From assembly GCA_963716145.1 (NCBI GenBank), contig OY970292.1:1095404-1142061 (forward strand): a stretch of DNA of 46,658 bases, written 5' to 3'. The notes beneath the pieces are model-generated. The model had not been told where the DNA came from and made no database searches. It saw only the letters and a program-made list of their open reading frames with translations. The stretch comes from Candidatus Levyibacteriota bacterium. GTDB taxonomy: Bacteria > Patescibacteriota > Microgenomatia > Levybacterales > UBA12049. Below, one piece after another: positions 1 through 14,455 of this stretch (position 1 is its first letter; the number at the start of each line of letters is the position of its first letter). Made by a program: the position numbers and the translations under genes.

Positions 1-930
1 GAGCCTGAATTATACCTACATCCCCATGCTAGGAGGGTTATTAGCGATAGATTGGATGATTTTATAGACAATGATAAAAATCAAGTAATAATTACAACTC
101 ATAGCCCAGAATTTATCAGAACTACGGATGATAGTTTAAATATTATCCTACTCAAAAAAAATAATTCTGAAACCACAGGATTTCCTATAAACATAAGAAG
201 CAGTAAATCTTTACTATTAAATAATAACCACAATGAAATATTTTTTGCTGATAAAGTTATAATTTGCGAAGGATTTGATGACTATATATTGAGATGGGTG
301 GCAAAAGAAAAATTCCCAAAGCAACTTGATGAAAAAAACATCTCAATTGTTACAGGTGGAGGGAAAGACAACTTTAAAAGGTTTATTGAATTGACACTAA
401 AGCTACAGATAGACTGCTATTTGTTTTCAGATTTCGATTATTTTTTAAGAGATTCTTCTGAAGCGGCAGAAAAATATAAAGAGGATATTAAGGATAAGAA
501 GACGGGAAAAATTAAAAAAATAAAATCATTCAAACATTTAAGTCTGGCAGATGTCGAAAAAGGATTCTTCAAACAAAAATGTATATTTGGGGATAGCTAC
601 GATAGAGAGATAGAAACTATTAAAAAACTTAGACAAATTATTAAAACCGAAGAGGAAAAAAACTTTTATAAATCCAAAACTGTTGATGAATTACAAAATA
701 GAGACGAAATGAAGCTACACTTAACTCACTTGAGAAAAAATGGTATAGGCATATTAGAGGGAGAAATTGAAAATTTATCTTTAGATTCAAGTTTTCTTTC
801 AAGCGAGAATAAATTGAGCCTGCAAAAGATATTTGAAATTAGTACAATGCTGGTTAGTGGAAAAGAAATATCAACTATAATCGATACTGCCCCAATTGAA
901 GAATTCTTGACACGCGTGTTTCAGGAGTAG
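1..930 (+). CDS. OLD-family ATP-dependent endonuclease (C-terminal part of ABC-type ATPase plus Toprim domain), 5'-truncated by the window edge
   Basis: Frame 1 is open from base 1; the ORF track starts at internal TTG 52. Translation begins EPELYLHPHARRVI (Walker-B/D-loop-like motif of OLD/AAA_15 ATPases), then VIITTHSPEFI (H-loop). A Toprim-like core follows: KVIICEGFDD ... YLFSDFDYF. Confidence 0.6.
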   Translation, partial: EPELYLHPHARRVISDRLDDFIDNDKNQVIITTHSPEFIRTTDDSLNIILLKKNNSETTGFPINIRSSKSLLLNNNHNEIFFADKVIICEGFDDYILRWVAKEKFPKQLDEKNISIVTGGGKDNFKRFIELTLKLQIDCYLFSDFDYFLRDSSEAAEKYKEDIKDKKTGKIKKIKSFKHLSLADVEKGFFKQKCIFGDSYDREIETIKKLRQIIKTEEEKNFYKSKTVDELQNRDEMKLHLTHLRKNGIGILEGEIENLSLDSSFLSSENKLSLQKIFEISTMLVSGKEISTIIDTAPIEEFLTRVFQE

Positions 931-976
931 GAGAAATTAGTAGTTGTGGGCGAAATAACATATTTTCTTTTAAGGC

Positions 977-1006
977 TTGACATGCTAGCGTGGATATGAT
1001 AAAAAT
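977..1006 (+). promoter_or_regulatory. Candidate sigma70-type promoter upstream of rpoB
   Basis: TTGACA at 977-982, a 17-nt spacer, then the A/T-rich hexamer TAAAAA(T) at 1000-1006. TATGAT at 995-1000 is better but only 12 nt from the -35. Motif match only. Confidence 0.3.
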
Positions 1007-1028
1007 AGAGTTACTCTCTTTCAAATAA

Positions 1029-1065
1029 AGATACAAGGGCGTGAGGCCTTTGGTATCTTTTGTTG
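1029..1065 (+). terminator. Hairpin plus U-tract: possible intrinsic terminator of the OLD gene, or an rpoB leader structure
   Basis: AGATACAAGGGC (1029-1040) pairs with GCCTTTGGTATCT (1046-1058), giving about 12 bp with one bulge, one G-U and a 5-nt loop. TTTGTTG follows. Confidence 0.3.
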
Positions 1066-1140
1066 CATGTTTGGAGTTACCGCCTTCGCTTTTAGCCACG
1101 GTGGGGATAGTCTGCCCAACTATATAATATAATACTCACG

Positions 1141-4595
<3,455 letters not shown>

Positions 4596-4608
4596 AAAAA
4601 GTTTAACT

Positions 4609-8433
<3,825 letters not shown>

Positions 8434-8521
8434 TTCAGAGTTTAGAGTTCAGAATTAAGAATTAAGTTTTTAAATAATACTTAAAAATTCTAAATTCATA
8501 ATTATAGATTCTGAATTTAAA
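8434..8521. repeat. Two opposed 7-nt-period arrays in the rpoC-rpsL spacer
   Basis: Array 1 at 8434-8468: TTCAGAG TTTAGAG TTCAGAA TTAAGAA TTAAGTT. Array 2 at 8487-8521: ATTCTAA ATTCATA ATTATAG ATTCTGA ATTTAAA. The second is roughly the reverse complement of the first (about 24/31 by hand). Confidence 0.8.
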
Positions 8522-8523
8522 TA

Positions 8524-8532
8524 TGTTATAAT
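8524..8532 (+). promoter_or_regulatory. Extended -10 promoter element for rpsL-rpsG
   Basis: TGtTATAAT at 8524-8532 matches TGnTATAAT exactly. An AGAGGA Shine-Dalgarno lies at 8544-8549 and the ATG at 8559. Confidence 0.5.
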
Positions 8533-8558
8533 ACAAAAAATTAAGAGGATAATAAACT

Positions 8559-8993
8559 ATGCCGACACTATCACAATTAGCAAAAAGAGGAAGAAGCAAG
8601 AGAGTAAAAAAAACCAAATCAACTGCGCTTAAAACACTTTTTAACGCGAAGGAGAGAAAGTATAAGAGTTTTACATCGCCGCAAAAACGAGGGGTGGTTA
8701 CTCTTGTTAAAACGATGACTCCCAAAAAGCCAAATTCCGCTCTTAGGAAAGTTGCCAGAATCAAGCTCTCCAATAAAATGGAGGTTACAGCTTATATTCA
8801 AGGAGTTGGACACACACTTTCCGAGCACGGAATTGTTTTGGTCCGGGGTGGCCGCGTCCGTGACTTGCCGGGTGTAAAATATCATTTGGTAAGGGGAAAA
8901 TTTGATCTATTGGGAGTTGATAAAAGAAAGACTTCACGAAGTATTTACGGAACAAAATCAGACAAAGGAGGAAGTAAAGCCGCTACTGCGTAG
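8559..8993 (+). CDS. rpsL: 30S ribosomal protein S12
   Basis: [12 protein letters not shown]...[17 protein letters not shown]...[19 protein letters not shown]; canonical S12 sequence and length (144 aa). Confidence 0.97.
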   Translation: MPTLSQLAKRGRSKRVKKTKSTALKTLFNAKERKYKSFTSPQKRGVVTLVKTMTPKKPNSALRKVARIKLSNKMEVTAYIQGVGHTLSEHGIVLVRGGRVRDLPGVKYHLVRGKFDLLGVDKRKTSRSIYGTKSDKGGSKAATA

Positions 8994-8999
8994 CGGAAA

Positions 9000-9047
9000 T
9001 TCAGAGTTTAGAGTTCCGAATTTTAAATTCATAATTATAAATTCTTT
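9000..9047. repeat. 7-nt-period array in the rpsL-rpsG spacer, duplicating both arms of the 8434-8521 element
   Basis: TTCAGAG TTTAGAG TTCCGAA TTTTAAA TTCATAA TTATAAA TTCTTT. 9000-9020 matches 8434-8454 at 20/21. 9024-9043 matches 8491-8510 at 19/20. Confidence 0.85.
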
Positions 9048-9521
9048 ATGAGACACAAAAAAGTTACAAAAAGAATAACAGCACCTGACACTATTTATAA
9101 CGACGTAATGGTTGCGAAGCTTATAAATTACATCATGCGCGATGGTAAAAAAACAGTTGCTCAGACTCAAATTTATAATGCATTTGAGCTACTCGCCAAA
9201 AAAGGAGAAGACCCGATGAAAATTTTTGAGCGGGCAATCGCGCAGGTCGGACCAAAGGTTGAAGTTAAAGCTAGAAGAGTTGGGGGAGCAAATTATCAAG
9301 TTCCGATTGAGGTAAAGGCCGAACGGAGAATGTCGCTAGCACTCAGATGGCTTATTGAAGCCGCATCAAAAAGATCCAACAAGGAGTTTCATACATTTGC
9401 CGAGAAATTGGCTGCTGAGATCTGGGATGCGACACAAAATCTTGGTGAAGCAGTTAAAAAGCGCGAAGTCGCCCTCAAACAAGCAGAGGCAAACAAAGCT
9501 TTCTCAAGTTTCAGGTGGTAA
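9048..9521 (+). CDS. rpsG: 30S ribosomal protein S7
   Basis: DTIYNDVMVAKLINYIMRDGKKTVAQ...RRVGGANYQVPIEV...ALRWLI...; canonical S7, 157 aa. Confidence 0.97.
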   Translation: MRHKKVTKRITAPDTIYNDVMVAKLINYIMRDGKKTVAQTQIYNAFELLAKKGEDPMKIFERAIAQVGPKVEVKARRVGGANYQVPIEVKAERRMSLALRWLIEAASKRSNKEFHTFAEKLAAEIWDATQNLGEAVKKREVALKQAEANKAFSSFRW

Positions 9522-9530
9522 GCCTCAATA

Positions 9531-10214
9531 TTACTTCAAATTCCAAGTTTTAATAATTTTACGTCTCTTAAGAACAGCGTTGCATGTAAGTAGGGTAACT
9601 GAGTCAACGATATAAGGCTCTATTGATATAGATGAGGATAAATCTTCAAGTTTTCGTCTAAACTTATCTGATGGTTTAGAAAAACGTGCAAGAGTCATAT
9701 TACTAAAAAAATATTGTGAGTTACTATATTGTTTATCATCTGGTATGTTGTCTTCATTTAATCTCCCATCTAAATCCATGACTATTTTATCCAATTCCGG
9801 ATCTGTAGTTCCAATTAGCGCAAGGTTATTTGGAAATAGCAATAAACGGTAAAAATAGATTTTAAACTTTTGATGAGTTGGAATAATTTTTGAAAAAATC
9901 TTCTCTGCTTTTGAGACTACATCAGATGTGAAATGAGGAGGGTCATTTATTATCCGTACGCTTTTGATAGTCATGTGCAGAGAATCACTTGGGTAGTAAT
10001 AATAATTAGATTCAATTTCTTTTAACGAGTTAATAATTTCATAAGCCCTAGCGATCAAACTCGCTTTTGGCAAATGAATACTAGTAAGACAAATTCTAGA
10101 ATCATTTTCATAATCCTCAATGGGAGAAACAGTACTAAAATTTAATGAATTGTTATTTACCTGTTTTTCAATCTCATTTATTACTTCAATTTGTTTCTGT
10201 TGATGGTGTGTCAT
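9531..10214 (-). CDS. 2H phosphoesterase superfamily (LigT/ThpR-like) protein with a degenerate second motif
   Basis: The first HxTx motif is SLHMTIKSV. The second position reads FFSNMTLARF, which resembles H-I-T-L-A-R of LigT but has Asn in place of His. Family assignment rests on motifs only. Confidence 0.4.
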   Translation of the reverse strand: MTHHQQKQIEVINEIEKQVNNNSLNFSTVSPIEDYENDSRICLTSIHLPKASLIARAYEIINSLKEIESNYYYYPSDSLHMTIKSVRIINDPPHFTSDVVSKAEKIFSKIIPTHQKFKIYFYRLLLFPNNLALIGTTDPELDKIVMDLDGRLNEDNIPDDKQYSNSQYFFSNMTLARFSKPSDKFRRKLEDLSSSISIEPYIVDSVTLLTCNAVLKRRKIIKTWNLK

Positions 10215-10341
10215 TATCTAAATTATATCATTGTATTATATTTTTGTATCATCATATCCCTGGGGTGGTATAGCTTTATACCTTTTTAATCAATATTATG
10301 ATCAGTATGCAGGTATATTGGTAATACAAATTATTTGTTTC

Positions 10342-10373
10342 TATTCTAATATTCTATAGAATTATAGAATAGA
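10342..10373. repeat. 32-nt near-palindromic repeat, copy 1 (upstream of the Fic gene)
   Basis: TATTCTAATATTCTATAGAATTATAGAATAGA. It contains the perfect palindrome ATTCTATAGAAT. 31/32 identical to 11435-11466. Confidence 0.9.
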
Positions 10374-10390
10374 TAAATTGTGGCTTCGGA

Positions 10391-10430
10391 AATATCTGGT
10401 AATATTAGGCAATATCTGGTAATATCTGGA
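10391..10430 (+). promoter_or_regulatory. Four phased 10-bp direct repeats directly upstream of the Fic start codon (candidate operator or iteron-like site)
   Basis: AATATCTGGT AATATTAGGC AATATCTGGT AATATCTGGA, then tATG (10432). The period is exactly 10 bp. Confidence 0.5.
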
Positions 10431-10431
10431 T

Positions 10432-11418
10432 ATGCTAATTCCACCGAAATATTCATTGACGTCTAGAATATCCCAACTCCTTTCATCAATTGAGGCTTCC
10501 CGCGCAGTTATAGCTAGTATTGAAATTCCAAAAGAGGTGGAGATGAATATCAGACGGGCATCAAGTCTTAAGAGTTCTCTTTTCTCAGCTCGTATTGAGG
10601 GTAATCCGCTGACGCTAGATGATCTATCGGATAGATCTTCAGGAGATATTAAAAAAATTGAAATCTACAATATCTTAAAAGCCATAAACGCACTTTCAAC
10701 AAATGATCGTAAGCTGTTCATAGCTCTTGATATTAAAAATTATCATAAGATAGTTATGAAAGATCTTTCGGATAGTAATAATTTAGGAAATTTTAGAAAA
10801 GAAGTAAGTGCTATATTTAACTCTTCGGGAATTGCTGTCTATATGCCCCCTCCGCCATCGCAAATTCAGTCTCTGGTTGAGTCTTTGCTAGAATATATTA
10901 ACAGCGAAAGGGAGCAGTTTGTTCCCATCCGCGCAAGTCTCGCTCATTATACATTTGAGAAAATTCATCCGTTTCTTGACGGGAATGGTAGAATCGGAAG
11001 GCTATTAATCCAAGCTGTTATGCAAAATGGTGGTTATGAGATGAAGGGGTTGTTATCGATTGAGGAATATTTAGATACTCATCGCACGGGTTATTATCAA
11101 GCTCTGGAGAGTAGCGATAGCGAGGTAACGGATTATCTTGAATTTATGCTTTCAGCAATTGCCCAGACGGCAGATGATGTAAAGCAGCAAATATCTCTAA
11201 AAAAAGAATTTTCACCTGAGGATACTTTACTTCCAAGACGGGCTGAAATTTTAAACATCATAAGAGATCACAAAATAGTTAATTTTGATCAAATCAGAAG
11301 AAGATTTTTGAGAGTGAACGAGAGAATGTTGCGTTACGATCTTAAAAAATTGACTGATGCAGGCTATATTAAAAAGCTGGGATCCACAAAGGGTGTTTAT
11401 TACGAAGCGCGGAACTGA
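10432..11418 (+). CDS. Fic family protein (AMPylase-type, intramolecular inhibitory helix, C-terminal winged-helix domain)
   Basis: Fic motif HPFLDGNGRIGR. N-terminal inhibitory (S/T)xxxE(G/N) motif S-A-R-I-E-G. The C-terminal ...ILNIIRDHKIVNFDQIRRRF...LRYDLKKLTDAGYIKKLGSTKGVYY is wHTH-like. Confidence 0.85.
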   Translation: MLIPPKYSLTSRISQLLSSIEASRAVIASIEIPKEVEMNIRRASSLKSSLFSARIEGNPLTLDDLSDRSSGDIKKIEIYNILKAINALSTNDRKLFIALDIKNYHKIVMKDLSDSNNLGNFRKEVSAIFNSSGIAVYMPPPPSQIQSLVESLLEYINSEREQFVPIRASLAHYTFEKIHPFLDGNGRIGRLLIQAVMQNGGYEMKGLLSIEEYLDTHRTGYYQALESSDSEVTDYLEFMLSAIAQTADDVKQQISLKKEFSPEDTLLPRRAEILNIIRDHKIVNFDQIRRRFLRVNERMLRYDLKKLTDAGYIKKLGSTKGVYYEARN

Positions 11419-11434
11419 TATTCTGTTAAACTAG

Positions 11435-11466
11435 TATTCTAATATTCTGTAGAATTATAGAATAGA
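11435..11466. repeat. 32-nt near-palindromic repeat, copy 2 (downstream of the Fic gene; possible bidirectional terminator)
   Basis: TATTCTAATATTCTGTAGAATTATAGAATAGA, 31/32 identical to 10342-10373. It lies between the convergent Fic and cyclophilin genes. Confidence 0.9.
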
Positions 11467-11474
11467 CGTAGAAT

Positions 11475-12143
11475 TTACTCAGTGATAATCCCGAGGATTT
11501 TGTCTCCTATTTTGATTCTACTCACTACGTCCATTCCGCTGGTGACTATTCCGAAATTGGTGTATTGGCCATTTAACCAATCAGCATCTTTTGTTGTTAT
11601 GAAAAATTGAGAATCATTTGAGATCCGCGCGCCTTGACCTATTTGCATATCACTTGAAGCTGCCATGCCCAATGAGCCTTCAATAAATGGTTTTGAATTC
11701 AATTCTGTTTGGATAGCATTCCCCCCAGTACCTTTTCCAGCTGGATCTCCTCCTTGAACTACCCAGTCTTCAACCCTATGAAATATTAATCCCTTATAAA
11801 AATTACTTTTTGACTTACCTATAAAATTTGCAACTGTTTTTTGTGCCTCTTTGCCAAAAAGAGTAACAGAAATGTCGCCTTTACTTGTTTTTATAACTGC
11901 TGAGACAGATGCATTTATAGGTCCCTGTATTGCTGTTTGAGGAGCTTGCTGCTGCTGTTGAGCTGCTTGGTTGTTTGCCCCAGGTGCTTGAGAAATAAAC
12001 TCTAGCTTATCGCCAGATGCCGGAAGAGACGGGGTTTGGCCAAGTGTGTCAACTTTGGTTATAGAATCTTTCTGCGTAATGTAAACTATCCCTATAAATA
12101 TTGAAATTATAGTTAATAGAATTAAAACGTGAAATTTGTTCAT
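11475..12143 (-). CDS. Cyclophilin-type peptidyl-prolyl cis-trans isomerase with N-terminal membrane anchor
   Basis: N-terminal TM MNKFHVLILLTIISIFIGIVYI. Cyclophilin core ...TVANFIGKSK..FYKGLIFHRVEDWVVQGGDPAGKGTGG...SNDSQFFITT. Confidence 0.85.
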   Translation of the reverse strand: MNKFHVLILLTIISIFIGIVYITQKDSITKVDTLGQTPSLPASGDKLEFISQAPGANNQAAQQQQQAPQTAIQGPINASVSAVIKTSKGDISVTLFGKEAQKTVANFIGKSKSNFYKGLIFHRVEDWVVQGGDPAGKGTGGNAIQTELNSKPFIEGSLGMAASSDMQIGQGARISNDSQFFITTKDADWLNGQYTNFGIVTSGMDVVSRIKIGDKILGIITE

Positions 12144-12196
12144 AAGTTATTTAATTTAAAAAAGTGACTTCATTCTACCACAAAAAATGATAATTT

Positions 12197-12787
12197 TTAT
12201 AGTTTTTTGTAGGCATACTGAATACGTTGGATAACGGTAATAAAAGACAGAAAAATTGATAGAACGAAGATCCATTCAGCGATATTTAATCCGTATACAG
12301 CAATGTTTGGAAAAACCAAATATGCAAATAAGGAAAGAAAGATAAGAACAAGGCGCTCAGGCCTTTCAATCAACCCAATTGCGAAATCTACTTTATTATT
12401 GCTTCTTAGCTCTCCGTGCGCTCTTGTGTAGCTGGTAAGGAAGGATAAGAGTAAAAGCAGAGCAATGATTTCCCATCTGACAATTCCTCCGAATGAGAAA
12501 GCGGTAATTGTCAAAAAATCACCTACGCGGTCCAGGGTGGAATCAAGAAATCCGCCGAAGCTTGTTACTTTGTTGTATTTTCTGGCAATCATTCCGTCAA
12601 TCAGGTCAAAAAAATAACCAAAAAGTGCGACAAAAGCAAGAAGATACCAGTGTTTTATAACAAAGACAAAAAACAAGAGAGGTGGTATACTTCCTATGAG
12701 AGTTAGAACATTTGGATTTGCGCCGGATAAGTATTCCGCCAAGGGCTCAAAATATTTTTCGATTTGCGGTTTTTTATTACTAAGCAT
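12197..12787 (-). CDS. CDP-alcohol phosphatidyltransferase family protein
   Basis: Complete signature D-G-x2-A-R-x8-G-x3-D-x3-D in DLIDGMIARKYNKVTSFGGFLDSTLDRVGD. Polytopic membrane protein of 196 aa. Confidence 0.85.
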   Translation of the reverse strand: MLSNKKPQIEKYFEPLAEYLSGANPNVLTLIGSIPPLLFFVFVIKHWYLLAFVALFGYFFDLIDGMIARKYNKVTSFGGFLDSTLDRVGDFLTITAFSFGGIVRWEIIALLLLLSFLTSYTRAHGELRSNNKVDFAIGLIERPERLVLIFLSLFAYLVFPNIAVYGLNIAEWIFVLSIFLSFITVIQRIQYAYKKL

Positions 12788-12795
12788 ATGCGAAA

Positions 12796-12889
12796 ATTTC
12801 TAATTTCTAATTTCTAATTTCAAAAGATTAAACTTAGCCTTAAAATAATTAGAAATTTGATATTTGAAATTGGTATTTATTTGAAATTT
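12796..12889. repeat. Opposed 7-nt-period arrays in the divergent promoter region
   Basis: (ATTTCTA)x3 plus ATTTCAA at 12796-12823. TTAGAAA TTTGATA TTTGAAA TTGGTAT TTATTTG at 12849-12883 is in the opposite orientation (AATTAGAAATT versus AATTTCTAATT). Confidence 0.8.
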
Positions 12890-13543
12890 ATGTATAAAGT
12901 TGACCTGCATACGCATTCAATCATATCACATGATGGAGGGATTTCGAAGAAACAATACGCCCGCCTTTTGGAAGAAGGTATTATTGATTGTATTGCAATT
13001 ACAGACCATAATGAGACAAGTTTTGCCAGAGCTCTCAACGATACACTCGGCCAAAAAATTATAATAGGAGAGGAGATTAAAACACTAGAGGGAGAAATAA
13101 TCGGATTATATCTTACTAAAACAATTTCTCCGGGATTAAGCGCGCAAGAGACTATAAGTCAAATAAAAAACGATGGGGGATTGGTCTATATTCCGCACCC
13201 TTTTGAGATTGGTAGAGACAGCTTGCAAGAAGAGGATTTAAAAACGATAATTAAAGATGTGGATATTATTGAAGTTTTTAATGGGCGCGGTATTTTGCGG
13301 GGCAAGCCGCAAATTGCTTATAAGTTGGCACTTACTGAAAAAGCCGCTATGGCATCAAGCAGTGACGCGCATTGCAGAATGGGAATTGGGACATCTTTTA
13401 GTGTCACCAAGCAATTTCCCACAAAAGAAACATTGCTGAAATTATTAATGGAGGCAGAACTTCAACAAAAGCACGCCCCAATGATTTCACTATTATGTCC
13501 AGGTATAAATAAGGTAAAAAATAAGCTGGTGTTAGGAGTGTGA
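12890..13543 (+). CDS. PHP-domain metal-dependent phosphoesterase
   Basis: MYKVDLHTHSIISHDG... is typical of the PHP N-terminus. The ATG at 12890 is preferred over the upstream TTG at 12857, which lies inside the repeat array. Confidence 0.75.
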   Translation: MYKVDLHTHSIISHDGGISKKQYARLLEEGIIDCIAITDHNETSFARALNDTLGQKIIIGEEIKTLEGEIIGLYLTKTISPGLSAQETISQIKNDGGLVYIPHPFEIGRDSLQEEDLKTIIKDVDIIEVFNGRGILRGKPQIAYKLALTEKAAMASSSDAHCRMGIGTSFSVTKQFPTKETLLKLLMEAELQQKHAPMISLLCPGINKVKNKLVLGV

Positions 13544-13546
13544 AAT

Positions 13547-14455
13547 ATGTTAAAAGATACATTATTCTTAATTAATCCCAAATCAAAAGGCGGAAGTGCA
13601 ATGAAAATTTGGAAAAATGCCTGCAAGAAATATTCTGAATTGCCAAAGGAGCCTATTGATATCACAAAAGTAGATATATCTTCTCTTATCAAAAAAGAAA
13701 ATCCCAAAGTAGTCGTCATAGCAGGCGGAGACGGAACAATAAATTCTGTATGCACTGCAGTTTCAAGGATGGAGAAGAAACCTATTCTTAGTATTGTGCC
13801 GCTTGGTCTTGGGAACGCTCTATCGTACTGTCTAGGCGTTGAGAGCATGGATAAAGCAGTTGACGTTATTATGAAGCAGGAAAAAAAGATCACTGTTGAT
13901 TTGATGAAGACAAATATTAAAGTTCACGATAGGGGAGTTTTTAGTATCAGTGTCGGGTTTAGCGCAAGAATTGTTTTTCAGAGACAAGCATATAAGTATA
14001 TTGGTTTCGGATCATATATTCTTTCGGGACTTCAAAGTTTTTTTTCTCATCCCGAGAATGAAATTACATTTACAATAGATAAAAGCGTCACGCTAACTGC
14101 AAAAGCATCATCACTTATTGTTGCAAACAGTCCTGTTATCGGCCTGAACTATATTGTCGCGCCAAATGCCAGACTTAATGATGGATTTTTGGATTGCACT
14201 CTCCTATCAACCAAATACGCTGATCTCACTAATATGCGCTTAAGAGGGTTTAAGCACCCATTATATTCTGAATTGGGTAAAGTTCGCTTTAAGGCACGCC
14301 ACATAAGTATAGAAGGTGAACCTTTTGTGCAGATTGACGGTGATCCGGTAAAGCAGAGTGAAAAAATTGAGATAGAAATAATGCCAAAACAGCTTACTTT
14401 TCTTCGCAATATTGATAAGAACATAGATCAGGAATATTTGCCGTTTGTTTCATGA
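13547..14455 (+). CDS. Diacylglycerol-kinase-family lipid kinase (YegS/BmrU-like)
   Basis: DAGK catalytic motif VVVIAGGDGTINSV; 302 aa; starts 4 nt after the PHP gene. Confidence 0.8.
   Translation: MLKDTLFLINPKSKGGSAMKIWKNACKKYSELPKEPIDITKVDISSLIKKENPKVVVIAGGDGTINSVCTAVSRMEKKPILSIVPLGLGNALSYCLGVESMDKAVDVIMKQEKKITVDLMKTNIKVHDRGVFSISVGFSARIVFQRQAYKYIGFGSYILSGLQSFFSHPENEITFTIDKSVTLTAKASSLIVANSPVIGLNYIVAPNARLNDGFLDCTLLSTKYADLTNMRLRGFKHPLYSELGKVRFKARHISIEGEPFVQIDGDPVKQSEKIEIEIMPKQLTFLRNIDKNIDQEYLPFVS

Noticed and set aside
1-930. Calling the OLD-family gene a Gabija (GajA) system
   Set aside because: The required UvrD-like GajB partner is not downstream (rpoB follows), and the upstream region is outside the window. 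The system type cannot be assigned.
875-1099. 74-aa minus-strand ORF between the OLD gene and rpoB
   Set aside because: It overlaps the 3' end of the OLD gene and spans the candidate promoter and hairpin. No motif or ribosome-binding site was found, so it is probably non-coding.
10391-10430. CRISPR array, raised by the 10-bp repeats and by the heptad arrays elsewhere
   Set aside because: The repeat units are 7-10 nt and directly abutting. There are no 25-40-nt repeats separated by unique spacers, and no cas genes.
9531-11474. Annotating the Fic/2H block as a mobile genetic element
   Set aside because: There is no integrase, transposase or recombinase and no target-site duplication beyond the 32-nt repeats. 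It is kept as a finding, not as a mobile_element feature.
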